From Vicugna vicugna (taxonomy: Eukaryota), in contig MU057503.1 in NCBI GenBank assembly GCA_013265495.1, positions 124,001 to 188,000 of the forward strand: a DNA stretch of 64,000 nt, read 5' to 3'. The notes under the pieces were generated by a model. That model was not told the origin of the DNA and made no database searches. It saw nothing but the letters and a program-made list of their open reading frames with translations. Within the stretch, counting starts at the first letter, position 1, and each line of letters starts with the position of its first letter. This document shows positions 46,859-61,329 of the stretch, piece by piece. The position numbers were made by a program, and so were the translations under genes.

Positions 46859-49719
46859 GTGAGGGAAGGGGGCTGAGGTGGCTGCGGTTGCCCGAGGGTG
46901 GTGGAGAACTGGGCGGGAGCTGCGGGCTGGTGTCTTTCGCGGGTGACAGGTGCGGGCAGGTCCGGCGGCGGCCGCCTCGGGCAGCAGGATTTTGGCCGCT
47001 CCGGAAAGGCTGGGGCAGAGATTGGACCCGAAATGAGGGCCAAGGTTCGTGGCTCGTCGGGGCACGCTGAGAGGCTTGAGGGGAGCGGCGGCGACGGCTC
47101 GTGCAGTTCTCTTCGTCCTTCTTCCTCTTACAGTGCCGCTCCCACCTCGGGCCTTCCCAAACGATAGGTTACAGTCGTTCTGTGTGAGTCTCTTAATGTT
47201 TGACAGGTCCTGGTTCCGCGGCTGCTCACGATCTCATCCACTTTACTTCTTTAGTCATTTCCTTTCCCGGCATTGTCGGCATCCAAGTTCCCTATTCTGA
47301 TTCTCGTATTCTTCCGGGAGGCGGCTGCAGGATGTTTGCGGTCCGTACTACACAGGTGGCATGTGTCAGGGCGCCACTTAAGAGAAAAGAACCTTAGTTT
47401 TTAGTTCCTTGTCAAAAGGAGGGAGAGGAGTAGGCAACCTTAGGCTTCTGAGTGATACCACGTGGCCTTGCGCTTTAGTGGAGGCTTGATAGACGCCGGC
47501 AGCGTTTCGCTTAGAAGTGCAGCCCTTCCCTCCTGCTTGAAGGATAACATAGGCCTGCAAAAAGTAGATAAGTCCACCTGAGGCTTTAGCATTTGCTAAC
47601 AATCAAACTTATAAATATATTTGTAAGAGTGTACTTAAAATGCTGAAGGAAATATTTAGAGATTTTAATATTTGTGGGCCATGCCAAGTGGTATCCAGAA
47701 TAACTTCAGGATGTGAATATGTAACAGAGTGTTGTGTTTTATTAGGAAGGATAAAGTTGTCCTTTATTATAATAAAGATTATTTTCTCTTCCCATCGTCA
47801 CCATAACAGTGGTATATAATTCACAAAATGTTTTTTCATTTACTCAGTATGGCTTAGTGACAGCAGTGTAAAATTTAGACCTGAGTTACCTTAGCTTTCC
47901 ACTACTTAATTTGCGATATGACTTTGAGGAAAGTTAATTTAAATCATTGCGCCTCAGTATCTTCATCTCTGAAATGAACAAGAATAACATCATTATAGGG
48001 GATTATCCTAATGAAGTAGTCTAAAAGATTTTTTGTTTATGAGATAACATTAAATTATAGTTACCTTCTTATCACAGCCATTTCTGATAAAATGTGGCAT
48101 TAGGATCATTTTCAAGTAAGCTAGTAGATGGCAGACTTGGGACTTGAATTTAAATACTTTGATCTAAGTCTTGGTACTTTTTTCTTACATTGTTAGGATG
48201 CATACTATGTTTATATGATAAAAATCTCTGAGGGTGTACGCATATACTTGTTGCATTACAGCAAAAAGTATGATTTAATAATTATTGTTGTTAATATTGG
48301 AGTGTCTCTAAGATGTTTATTACTGCGGGGAAATTGGACATTTCCTAGGACATGTATGTTTTCCTTGGCCTGTGGATTGTTAAAGATGAAATCAATCCTT
48401 GCTTCTTATTGTTTGTTAAAGAACACTTTAAAATTCCTAATTCACCTTGCATATTACCTCATAAAAAGAGTAATGTGAATTTCCACAAAATAGAAATGAC
48501 AATTTAATTTTTATGGATATTCTTTCTAATTCAATTTTAATTTTGGTATGCTGAGTAATAATTGGTATTGTTGACACTACAGGATGATATAAGCAGAATG
48601 TGTATTGTGAGTCTTAAACTTTAAGGTTTAGCATTTTTGCTTTTTTGACAGTTACTATAAATTACTTTAAATATCTGTTTAAAAGAGTTAATACAGAAAG
48701 TCCATAAATTTGAGTCATTTCAATGCTTTCATTTTAAAGAAAAGGAAAGAGAGGCCCAGATATTTAGGTAATAGCAGAATGTGCAAATTTTTATCCTCAA
48801 AGTTGATTTCCTCCGTTGATTTCCCCTCTTATTTAAAGGAAAAAAGTGCAGAACAGGATGGTACAGAGATACTGCAGAAGCCGGTTTGTATGTGAGCCAG
48901 TTTACTTGCAATTAGCAGGTGAAACCTGTCAAAAAAGGAAATAATATAGAGCAAAATTTGATTCAGAGTTTTAAGGAGAATAATTTGATAAGTACAAATT
49001 TGATAATATATTCATGAGTATGGAATTGGTAAAGATATTTAATAATTTAGTTGTAACTTGGGCTTAGGTTTTTGGAACTCATTAAAATTTGTTAAAAAGT
49101 TATTTCTCTTTTTAATGCCTTTTTTAAAAGTCTTTGGTTTAGTCATTTATGGGTATTTGGACAAATCCTGTTTGTTTATAGCTGACATGGGCTATATGCA
49201 GCATGAAACATTGTCTTGGTATATGTATGTAACCATCTTGGAAAGACTGGTTGGACTACTGAGAAAAAATGATAAGCTTACCACTAGTTTATTATTGAAA
49301 ATTTAATACTGATGGTTGATGTTATAGTCAAATACATTCAAATGAATACATTTCATTAATTAGATTGTAAGCATTTTGCAGCTAAGGACTGCCTCTTAGT
49401 ACCCTGTTAATTAATGCTAACACCTGGGCAAGGTTAAAGATTTGATTCTATGTGAATACTAGGATTTACTTATTTGTAAGTAGTGAATGATTTTTATCTG
49501 CAAAATGACATTCTAGAGATGAAAACAAGTTACCTGTGTCTGAGATGAGGAGGAACAAACCTTATGATATGTTTGGTACTAAACTTTATAGTGACAAAAA
49601 AGTCAAAATTGATACAAGAGAGTTACACCTTTTTTAAAAAGTTGGGTTTAAAAGAAACACAAATCTGCTTTAGGAGTAAAGCAGTGGTCTTATAGTGCTG
49701 TTTCTTGATCTGTGTTTCA

Positions 49720-50020
49720 GCTCCAGGGAGAGATTCAGAAAACCATGAACAAGACTTAGAATTTAGGAACTATAGAAAAGGGGTAAAGGAACTAGATGTT
49801 TAGCTTAGGATAAATGAAAGATAACTTAATCTTCAGATAAATGGTGGGTTCTCCTAATGAGAGAAAAGGAAAATTTGTTTAAAAGTACACTGCATGTAAG
49901 TATATTAGGGATGAAGGAACCTAATTGAAGGGGATGGATGATAGTTAAATGAATAAGTTACAAAAACAAGTTGTGGGTTATGAAATACTGTCTTTGGTGA
50001 TTTCTTAAAAATAGACTTAT
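49720..50020 (+). mobile_element. CR1/L3 remnant
   Basis: aaggaactagatgtttagcttagga...aatcttcagataaatg...tctttggtgatttcttaaaaatagac resembles the CR1/L3 3' region. Confidence 0.45.
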
Positions 50021-53000
50021 AAATAAACAGATGACTATAAATCACTAAAATTACTGCTTTATTTCTCCATTTTTATTAAAGTTATTCATCTACCAATCAT
50101 TTTCACCCAGTTTTATGTTGAAGTATATTCAGAGCTAACTTTACAAATTAAATTTTGCATGTCATTTTTGTATAAATCCTAATGAGTTTAGTAGGTTTAA
50201 GGTAACTTTGGAGAGTAACTTTAATTTGTATTTGGAGTCATTCAAAATCTGTATGACATTTTATGCCAAAAAATCAGATTAGTCAGGTTTTTAGATAGGA
50301 GAAACATTGATTTCAGTTTTATAGTTTTCCTTTGATTCCTATTCTTTTACTTAGAAGTCTTTTGAGGATTTTATTTTATATAGTCCCTTATGTTTGTATA
50401 ACTCTGTTTTAAACTGACAGAAAATAATCTTTAAAAAATCAGTTAAGAGTGTAAATGGACATTATTAATCAATATGAACTCCAAATTGTTTAGTGTGTGC
50501 TTGCTAAGAAAGTTTGTACATTACTGTACTGTTAAATTAACTTTAGCTGTGTCAAAGTGTTTACCACTAAAATGGAGTAGATATTACATCATTTGCAGGA
50601 AATGAAACCAGAAAGCAAAACTGGTTTTTAGTGTTGGTGAAGATAAGGACAAAAATAGTGACATTAAAGCAAATTTTTCACATTTTAGTTGCTTAAAATC
50701 AAGAAAAGGAATTTTTCCTAATTTAATCATTTTCATAAGTTTTTAAGTCATTTTAAGTTGTTAGTGAAACCAAAATTAATGTACCCTATTTGGCCAAGGA
50801 GATCCAGAGCTTTAGTCAGTGATTTCATTTATCTGCTTAGTGACATTCAGGCTTTATATTTTTTTTAATCATTGCCATTTTTTTCATTAGCACACAAGAT
50901 ATTAAATAGGTGGCCTTTTTACAGAATAGTTTTGTGACTCTTGCTTGCATATAAATATAATAAGAAAAAATTAGTTTGTCATTATATGACCTATCATACT
51001 ACATTTAAGAAAACTGTGTTAGGTACTATTTAAGTATTTACATGTATTAACTTATTTACTCATCACCACAGTTCTAGGGCACTAGAATGTGAATGTGCTA
51101 TAATTTGCCAGAATAGGAATTTGCCTGGATAGGCTCAAAGAGGTGTTCACACAGAGATATATCTGGGATTTGAACCCAGGTAATCTGGGGTTTAATTCAG
51201 ACCTTAAAATTACTGTACTGCATTTCCTCTTAGTTTAAAGATACATTTTAAAATGTACTTCCATTTAAAATGTACATTCTTTTTTCTTTAAATGGAGTCT
51301 GTTTTATATTTAGCGGCAGAATTTTACCATTTTATCCCACACTTGTCTCTTGTGACTGTTCAGTTTAGCTATGATAGAATACATAGAAAATCTTAACATC
51401 TTGCTTTTGGAAATTAAAATGTATTTAAAGATTAATAGGTGATTAACTGAATATGTAGAATGAGTGTTATTTTGATCCAAAAGTACATTTAAACAAGAGA
51501 AACTAGAATCACTTATTATTTAGATTTGGGGTTTTAATTGTTTTTCAGTAATCGTAAGCTTTTGTTAGAGGCCACATGGCCCCTTCTCATAAAGTTTTAC
51601 AGAGACAAGACATCAAGCAGGTACTAAGAGCTTGTAGAATATTTTGCTTTAGTACTTCACCCATATTTTAGAAGTGTTGGTTTACAGTGAGCAACAGATA
51701 AACAAGGTTCTCTTTTTCGACTAAGAATCCATAGGAACAGCCCAGACCAGGAAATGCGAATATGATAGTTTGGTATTTTATGTTCCATGTTTACCAACTT
51801 CTTGTGAATTTCCAAAGTGAAACACATTGGAATTAAGACAGTGGAAGGTACATAGCCATATTGATACCTCTTTAACATCTTCCTGAAAATTGACAATCCA
51901 TGTAGTATCACCGCTAATAAAACAATCAATTTTGCCATGTTAGTCATTAGATATATTCGTTTTATTACTTGAGTTCAGATCGATTTTTAGTTTCCTCACT
52001 TTGAGAATCACTTCACTAAAAACCATGGTTATTGATAATAATGAATTGAAACTATCAGGTCTATTGGCAGGGGGAGTAGGAGAAGAGTGAGAACTAGTAG
52101 TGAAGGTGTTTACATGCACTATCTGGTTAGATTCTCAAAATAAGGATCAAAGTGTGTATTTATATTCCTTTTTTATAAATGAGAATCTGAGCTCAGAGAA
52201 ATCAGTTGGTTTCCCTGTGGTTCACAGGTGATAATACCACTACGAGTGAACATTTATTGAATGCTTACTTTGTGCCAGTCAGTATTCTAAATGCTTTATA
52301 CTTGTGCAGCCATTAAAGCAAGTGCTCTTATTTACTTCATATTATAGATGTTTGATGATTTCAGAGCTGGTTTTTAAATATTATTTAAATACCTGGTTTA
52401 TGATGATGTAAAATACTAAATATTACCAGTATCTCCTTAGTTATTAAAAATGTTTTGTGCTCAAGTGTAATTCAAACAGTATGTCATTAAATCAATAAGC
52501 CATTAAACTATTTCTTCTTAGTCCCCATATAGAATTTTTCAACAGTAGGTTTTTTTCTTCACTGAGTAATGTCAGTTTGGTTTGTGCCTCTTATTTTCAT
52601 TTCCTTAGTTACCACTGTAATTCGCGCTGCTTTATATTTATTCCTTTGAAGTCATTTCTCCAGATTCTTTCTCCAAGGGAATGTAGTTGCTTCTAACTTT
52701 ATCATACGGTTTACACAGAGGTCACTAACAAAGAAAGCTAGAGTAAGTCTGGTTGGTAATAAGTGACCTCAGTTTTGGATACTGATTAAAATAATGTGTT
52801 TGAGGGAACAATCAGGAATGACTCCTCAAAAAGAAGTAAAGAAGCTCAGATTCTAATATAAGGCAGAAAATCTCTGTAGGATTAACCTATATTCTACATA
52901 GTTTTCTTACAGCTCTCCAAAAAGAAAAGGAGGATAATGACTATTTTTTTTCTTCTTCATGAGAAGAAGAGCTAAGAATGCTGTCCCTCCACTCTCATTT

Positions 53001-53254
53001 TAGCTTTGAGGAGACCCAGATACTTTTGTGATAATTCCACGTTTTTCAGGAAAATCGTTTAGCAGAAGTAGCCATAGAAAGGACTTCTTGTGAAACAAGT
53101 CAAAGGCTCTCACAAGCAAGTCCAAAGTGGCTCTGAGACCAGGCTAAGTTTTAGAGTATCAGTTAAATCAAAACCTGAAAGCATTAGAGACAAAATTAAT
53201 TACTTGAGTAAAAAGAGCATCAAGTTTCTGTAGTAAAATAATAATAAGGATGAT

Positions 53255-54075
53255 AGTTTATCATGCTGTATATTACATCTTTAGTAATCTTACAACTGTA
53301 AAGTTTGTAGCTTTTGACAGCCTTCGTCCAATTCCCCTTACCCTGACCCTTGCCTCCAGTAACCACAAATCTGATCTCTTTTTCTGAGTTTGATTTGTTG
53401 TTTTTGAGGTATAATTGACCTATAACATTATGTTACTTCCTTTTATACAGCATAATGATTTGATATTTCTGTGCATTTCAAAATGATCACCACAATAAGT
53501 CTAGTCACAATCTGTCACCATACAAAAATACTACATAATTATTGACTGTATTCCCCACACTGTACTTTTCATACCTGTGACTCATTTATTTTGCAACTAA
53601 AGTTTTTAACTCTTAATCTCCCTCACCTATTTCTCTTCTCCACCTTCCTGCTCTCTGGCAACCACCTGTTTGTTCTCTGTATCTATGACTCTGTTTTTGT
53701 TTTATTATGTTTGTTCATTTTTTCATTCCACATATAAGTGAAATGATACATATTTGTCTTTCTGTTTGACTTACTTCACTTAGCATAATACTCTCTACAT
53801 CTATGTTGTAACAGATGACAAGATTTCATTCTTTTTATGGCTAAGTAATATTCCATTGTAATACCAGTAACAGTGCTGTATTTACATATGAAAGTTAAGA
53901 GTTCTCATCATAAGGAAAAAAGCTTTCTTCTATTTAATTTTGTATCTATATGAGATCATGGATGTTCACTAACCTTATTGTGGTAGTCATTTCATAATGT
54001 GTATAAGTCAGATCATCATGCTGTACTCCTTAAACTTTACAGTGCTATATGTCATTAATATCTCAAAACTAAATG
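53255..54075. mobile_element. Two L1 3' ends: antisense at ~53255-53860 and sense at ~53860-54075
   Basis: ttccacatataagtgaaatgatac...ttcacttagcataatac on the minus strand, and catcatgctgtactccttaaactttacagtgctatatgtca on the plus strand. Confidence 0.75.
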
Positions 54076-54944
54076 GTAAGAAAAAACAAATGGTAAGGGT
54101 TAAATGATCGTGGTAAAAGAGACCTGATAATTTGGGGTTGCTTTATATTATTTAGCAATATGTTGTAATAGCTTGACAGAGTTTAACAGTTTAATGAAGA
54201 GATTTATCTTTGATATAGGTGGAAAATGTATTTTCACAAATTTGAATGGATTTCAAGTTGAAGAAACTTGATTCTCAGGAGAGGTGTAGTTAAGTACTGT
54301 ATAGTTGTACACAGTGCTTACAGTTGTGGCTGTATAGTTAAGGCTATGATTACAAAAATTACCGCTCACTTACCATATTAAGAGTTTTTTGCCTGAATGA
54401 AATAAGTGATAGTGTTCTCATTTTACAGATTTAGAAACAGTTAAGTACAGAGTTAGGTGCATATAGTAATATACCCAGTGGTGGAGAAGAGATTCTAACC
54501 TAGGCACTCAACTCTAGTGCCTGCATTTTATACTGTACAGTCAGCCTATGAATGATAAGCTATACTCTTTTTATGAAAGTAGTTTTTTGAGGGATGAATA
54601 GCTGGAAGTATTAAAATCAAGAAGTGTTAGCTTTGTCATAAACACCATGTTCATCTATTATCCATGTGAGGAACCTATAGAATTTCCTAGGTCTTCTTGG
54701 TTTAGCATTTTAGTCTTAGTCTCATTTCTAGCTGAACTCTTTGATACAGATGGTAGTTCCCATTTCTTGCAAATTATTTACTTATTTCTGTCTAATAAGA
54801 CTTCATATATCATTCATATTATTCCCATATATTTTACTAAGTCCTGACTTTCACTTCAAAATCTGTCCCAAAACCAATCTCTGTGAAATCATCCCTAGTA
54901 ATCCCATCCAGATCTGTGGCCCTTTCACTTAAAAAAAAAAAAGG

Positions 54945-55910
54945 ATAACAGTTTTATTGTGATATAATTCACATATCACACAATTCTCCCACTTGATATA
55001 CACAATTCACTGGGTTTGGGTATATTCACAGAGTTGTGCAACCATCACCACAATCAATTTTGGAATGTTTTTAATCATCCCTTAAAGAAACCCCATGCCT
55101 ATTAGTAGTCTCCCCCACTCCTATTTCTCCCCAGATCTCCTGTGTTGGCAGCTACTAATGTACTTTCTTTTCTATAAATTAGCCTTCTGGATATTTCATG
55201 TAATTAGCATCATATAATATGTGTGATTTTTGTGTCTGGCTTCATGCACTTTTTTAGGTTCATCCCTTTTGTGGTGTGTATCAGTACTTCATTTCTTTTT
55301 ATTGCCAAAAATGTTCCATTGTATAGATACACCACTTTAAATGTATCACTTCATCATTGATGAACATTTGGCTGTTTATACTTTTTGGCTGTTACAAATA
55401 ATCCTGCTATGAACATTTATGTGCAAGTTTTTGTCTGGATGAAAGTTTTCAATTCTCTTGGTTGTATACCTAGGAATGGAATTGTTAAGTCTCTATGGTG
55501 TTTTTTCAGAACTGGTAGACTGTTTTGCAAAGTGGCTGCACCACCTTGCATTGCCACCAGCAATGTATGAGGGTTCCGAGTTTTCCACATCTTTGCAGCA
55601 CTTGTTATTGTTTGTCTTTTTGATTATAGCCATCTTGCTGTATGTGAAGTGGTATGTCATTGCGGTTTTGATTTGCATTTCCATAATGGCTAATAATGTT
55701 GCACATCTTTTCATATATGCTTCTTGGCCATTAGTATATCTCTGATAAAATGTCTAGATCCTTTGCCCATTCTTTAATTTGTTATTTATCTTTTTTATTA
55801 TTGAGTTTTAAGAGTTCTTTATATATTCTAGATACAGATTCCTTATCAGATAGATGATTTGCAAAATTTTCTCTAATTCTGTGGTTTTGTTTTCACTTTC
55901 ACAATGTTAC
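54945..55910 (-). mobile_element. L1 (L1MB-like) 3' region
   Basis: atattcacagagttgtgcaaccatcaccacaatc. The minus ORF 55493-55714 is a degenerate ORF2p piece (MQIKTAMTYHFT). Confidence 0.88.
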
Positions 55911-57099
55911 TTGGCCTCCTTCCTTAGTTCTTTGTCTCTTAGTTTAGATGTAAAAAGAGGTCATAAAAATTGGTTCTTGCCAACTGACTGATTTAGTGTG
56001 CAGAGCAGAAAATAGGTTGGAAATGCTTGAAATCTAAAGATATAAAGGGATGATTAACCAAGCTATTGGTTTATTTGAAAGAACTTAATAGCTTTCTTTG
56101 GTTAAGTTTTACTGAAACAATGAAATTCTGAGTTTTAGTTTGTGGTACTTAAAAAAATTAGTGAAATGTTTGGTTTATAATGATTTAAAATACTAGATTC
56201 TATTAATGTATCTTTTAGTATTAAAAATGGTTTTATGCTGTTGCTACTCAAATGTAATTTAAACAGTATTTTATTGAATGAGAAGATTAGTCATAGAGTG
56301 AATTAGCATCTAAAATGGTTTATGCTGTTAATCTTACACATGATAGTTATACATGTTCTCAGATTGTGTTACATTGGATTAGGCTGAAATTTTTGTGTGT
56401 TTTCTTAAAATGTAAAAGAATGACTCTCTTATGACTACTTTGCAGAGAAAAGTGTAGGATGTTTTTTAAAAATAAACGTTATATTTATGTTAGTATTAGG
56501 CAATTGAGAAGGAACTGCTTATCTGAAAGTTCTCAGCATACATGTGCTAATCAAAAAAAAAAAAAAAAGAGCTGTGCATCCCCTAGCTCTGTGGTTTTCT
56601 AAATCCAGCTATTGGGATTTCCCCATTTCCCCATACTTCTAAACTTCTGTATATGTAGGACTATTTCTCAGTCATTTATTGGTCCCTTTAAATCTTCCTT
56701 AAATTTGCTTCTCGTGTGTATAAAAACACTAAACAACTTTTGAGACTCTCCTACCTTTCCTGACTACTACTCCCCCCCCCCACAAAACAACCAAACAACA
56801 ACAACAAAAACCCCACAACCTGGCCTTTTTAGTTCTTAACAGTGACTTTTCTGCATTTGAAGACTGACTTAAAATTGTCTCAGATTTATTTTGGATCCTA
56901 AAATTGATCCTGCTTCTCTGGAGCCATTGAAAATTATTCTGCCCAGACCACAATACAAATTTCCTTTCTTGATGCCTTTAGAATATTAAGCATCATACAA
57001 TATAGACCTTTTTGAAATACTCATAACTTTAAGTTTTTGATTTATTAAACATCTCACTCATATTTGAACCTCCCAACAATCCTGTGAGATATCCTAGGG

Positions 57100-57636
57100 G
57101 TCTTCATGAAATATAAGTCAATCTTATCGTCTTATCTCCCTTCTCAAAAATCTTTCAATGGCTTTCCTGGATAAAATCCTTATCATTACCTTAAAGGCAT
57201 TATATAGTCTGGCCCCAGCCTACCTTATCTAGCATTTCTCCTCCCCTAGTCATAAACTCCAACCTCATTCAGTCAGTTCCTCCAACATACTGAACTCCCA
57301 AAATTGTTCTGGCCCTGGCACATCCTTCAGTCTGGATAGCTTTTTTATCTTGCTCTTCCTGAAATAACTCCTGTTCATATGCTAAAATACTACTTTTTCA
57401 GAAAGGCTTTTCTGTATTCTAAGTAGGGACCTCTATATATGCTTTCATAGCTCCCTATCCTTCATAGCACTTACCACAACATTTTACTACATGTCTTAAT
57501 TACTTACTGTCTCTTTTCTCCACTAGACTCTGAATTCTGTAAACATAGGGACCTTGGTTATTTTGCTAGTACCTATTCATTATGGAATACCATATACATT
57601 GTAGACCTCCAGTAAATATTTTTTGAAGGAATGAAT
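57100..57636 (+). mobile_element. L2 remnant
   Basis: tctttcaatggctttcc...ataaaatcc and ccactagactctgaa, ending in cagtaaatattttttgaaggaatgaat. Confidence 0.75.
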
Positions 57637-58789
57637 TTCCATTTCTAAAATGAACAATCTAAAGGCTTATAGCATTAAGTAAATTCTAGACCTCACAGCA
57701 AGTAATGTCAGAAAGAGAACTTTGGTCTTGTACTTCTACAATAAATTTAGAATTCATATCTCCTCAAGTTTGATTTCAGTAGATGAGAAAATCTTTAAGC
57801 AAAAGTAATTATGGAAACAAATTGCTATTGGATGTGGAGAAAAATTCACCCACAATTTAGTACTTACCACAACTCTAGAATACCTCTTAAAAGAAAGATA
57901 GTGCTTATTTTTTCCTGTAGTCTTAATTGATGTGAAAAAAAGGACTCTTACATAGGTAGAGGGCAAATACTCAGGCTTTTTCCACTAAGTTCTTAACAGG
58001 CAAAGATCAAACATGTACCAAAAGATACCAGCACTTTGGAAATACTTATTTTCTTCATGAGTGAAATAGATAAAAATTGCTAGGATAGGCCTTTAAAATA
58101 AATAAATTTCACTTCTTCCTTCTGCTTCTTCATTTAACAAAGAAAATCCTTACTATTTCATAAATAGGGGAATATGATATATGACTTTACTAAGTCTCTG
58201 TTACATCTTTAGATTTTTGTTAAATGAGATTTAAAGTAAAGTTTAATATAATAGAAGGAACACTGAACTTTAGTCTGAAAACTAGAGTGCACACTGAAAA
58301 CAGGTCCTGCATACTCACTTATTGTTATGTGACCTTGATAAGTCACATAACTTCTCTGAGTTTTGACTTCCACAGCAGCTAAGTAAAAAAAAAAGGAGAA
58401 AAAGTTACTTTAATGATTAATTAATGTGAAAACACTTTATACAGAAATTACTTAAATATAAAGCATTTCTATTCTGTTATGTGATACAAAATTTTAATTT
58501 TAACCGAAGAGTTAAATGGTCTTATTTGTGTTTTTAAAATGTCTGGCAGCAGAATGGAGGATGGATTGGAAGCCAGCAAATTTAAAACAGAGATAAAAGT
58601 TGGACACCTTTTATAGTACTCTATGCCACTTAAAAATGATGGAGAAGAGGAGGTACAGAACTAAGGTACTCTTCTGAGAATGGAAAGGAGAGGGACAGAC
58701 TTGATTATTCAATGTTAAGGAGTGAAGGAGGAGTATAAAATAATCTGATTTCTAGCTCAGGAAATTAAATTACTGATGAACCTCCCAAC

Positions 58790-59205
58790 AATTTTTTTTG
58801 TATATATATACATATATATAGAAGTAGAATCCGTTTACAATGTTATGTCAATTTCTGGTGTACAGCACAGTGCTTCAGTCATACACGAACATACATACAT
58901 TTGTTTTCATGTTCTTTTTCACCATAAGTTACTACAAGATATCAAATACAGTTCCCTGCTCTATACAGCATGAACTTGTTCATCTATTCTATATATATCA
59001 GTTAGTATCTGCAAATCTCTAACTCCCAATATATCCCCACCCAACCCCCTCCCCACTGGTAACCAACCACAAGTTTGTTCTCTATGTCTGAGAGTCTGTT
59101 TCTGTTCTGCAAATAAGTTCATTTGTATTTTTTTTTTAGATTCCACATATAAGTGATATCGTATGGTATTTTTCTCTTTCTGGCTTATTTCACTTAGAAT
59201 GACAT
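58790..59205 (-). mobile_element. Short L1 3' end inserted in an antisense L2 (~58530-59470)
   Basis: The reverse complement is homologous to the 3' UTR at 39070-39450 (tttgcagatactaact, cttagaatgac). T-tract at 58792. Confidence 0.85.
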
Positions 59206-59481
59206 TTATTAAAGGGGTATTATAGAAGGAGTACATAGGTGTGTAGATGATTGATGAGTCAAGGTTAAAATGTCTGAAAAATCCAAGATGACATGGATGA
59301 GTAGAAATTGGAAGTACAATTCAAGAACTTGATATCTGGCCTTGGGATGCAGATTTTGGAATCATTGGTATGAGCTACAATATCACTGAGAGTATTAATA
59401 GTGAGAAAAGAAGAAATTAGAGAGCAGCTCTAGAATACTAAGATTTAAGAAAGAGAGTGAAAGAGAAAGAGAGTGTTGTTA

Positions 59482-59507
59482 AATGAATGAATGAATGAAT
59501 GAATGAA
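59482..59507. repeat. (GAAT)n tetranucleotide repeat
   Basis: About 6 units, directly visible. Confidence 0.9.
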
Positions 59508-61329
59508 CAGCTGAGCATTCCTCCCCAGATAAAGTAGACTCCCAGAGGTTAATTTTAAAAAGCACTGGTAAGGTACATAAAATTATGGATCCTTTGGATT
59601 TGTTAGGGTGGCTGTTGGTTACTTTGTGAGAACCTTTCTGAGTGCACATTAGGTAGGAATATCTGTTGTGCTAGATTGTAAGTGCTAGGTTATTGTGCTG
59701 GGTTTTAAGTGTAGATTGAGGAAAGAGAAGCTTGGCTGCAAGGACGAGTCAAAAAAAATGGAAGTAGATAAAAGGGAAAATGAATATGTGAGTTGGGAAA
59801 TAGTGTTGGGGGTGGGAAGGAGAAAGAATTGGCCCTTCTTCTGTGGTGAGTGAAAAAAGAGAAAAGACAGAGAGAAACAAGGAGGTAGGAGCTGTTAATG
59901 AGGTAAGTCTCCAGGGAGCAGAAAGAAATTAGATCCAAAGAATAGGAAAAAAAATTATTAGCCTTGGATTTAAGACAGATTCTATCCTCCACCAATAGAT
60001 AAGGTAATCTTTATGGTAAAGGTGTGGAGCAAGAGAGTTAGAAAGTTGGGGCTTCTAACTTCCTTGAAATCTAAGCAGGAAGGCTGTCTATTCAACCTAA
60101 TAGATTAGAGACTGGATGAGACTGGCAAAGATTCGAAATAGAAGGCTCAACTGGAGACATACTGGAGGATTGTGGGTCAACTTTGAAGGACTTGAGAGAT
60201 TGAAGACCATAAATTTTTAATCTCCACGGGATTTTTCTCTAGTAATTTCTGAACCCAGATAAATATGATAAAAATATTTTCATATTGATGTACTTAGTGT
60301 TTGAGAATCACAGGTAGTGACTGTGAGGCATTGTCATAAAATTCCTTGTAATCCACTGAAACAGGAGAATGATTAAGCCACAGCCAGAAGCCTCAGTCAA
60401 AAGTAAAATGATCTTGAGCATATTTTGGTGCATTTACTTCATAGCTTTTTATATGAGAAAACAGTCACATGGCTCAGTATTATTCAGAAATATTTCACCT
60501 TTAGTTTCATCTGTAAGATATAGACTGCTTTGCATAAGAAAGTTAAATTAGTCTGTTCATCACAAAGCAGTTAATTACTACTCTGTACTTTGGGCTGTTT
60601 AGATGATTGCACATGGGCTATCTAGATATTTGTACAGTAACATTTATTTGAATTTTAGATGGTTGCAAGTCTATAATGTAATATTTGGTACTAAAGCTTG
60701 ATCAGCTTAAAATCAGTATATATGTCTGTTTTAGGATTTTTTTGATTAATTGTTATGCTTATATTATTTTCCCATATATCAAGAGTAGTAATCTGTACTT
60801 TTTGTACTTTGTGCTTTGTTTATGAGATGTCAACCAATCATTTTTACTTTCCTGGCTTACTGGTTGCTCTAGTTACCAAAGGGAAATAATTTCCTGAAAA
60901 TGAATACATGTATCAGAATCATATTTGATAAATTTGGAAACAAATAAATCAAATTTTTCTAAAGAAAATTCTTCAAAGCGTTTGTAAATTTTTTGTTAAA
61001 ATTTAATGCAAGTTCATCTGTTGGATTTGGAAGAGATAATATAAAATATAAAAGATAAATATAAGAGATAAAAGGAAATTATGAATTTCTTTAAAAATAT
61101 ATAGTAATAAAACTAAAACTGTTGGAGGTGGGAAGGAGAAAGAATTGTACATTTCACTCTACATATTTTTTAACCTGTTTTGATGCTTGAAGTTTCATTT
61201 GCTGACTGTAACTGTCAGCTTTACTGGCTGCAGTATTATTCATAATCTAAACGTTTGACTATTTCATTTTGTACATGTATGTGAAGATGTATAAATGTAG
61301 GTAAACTATTCTATATTAAATAAAAAATA

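Larger units (their letters stand above)
46190..47520. promoter_or_regulatory. CpG island / USP15 promoter
   Basis: Abrupt rise in GC and CpG density relative to the AT-rich flanks. GC boxes occur at ~46358-46372 (gcccccgccccgcc) and 46683-46690 (gggcgggg). It spans exon 1. Confidence 0.92.

Noticed and set aside
46110..47400. Cluster of overlapping 60-177 aa ORFs on both strands
   Set aside because: Expected from stop-codon scarcity in a GC-rich CpG island. The real coding frame is the short USP15 exon ending at a splice donor.
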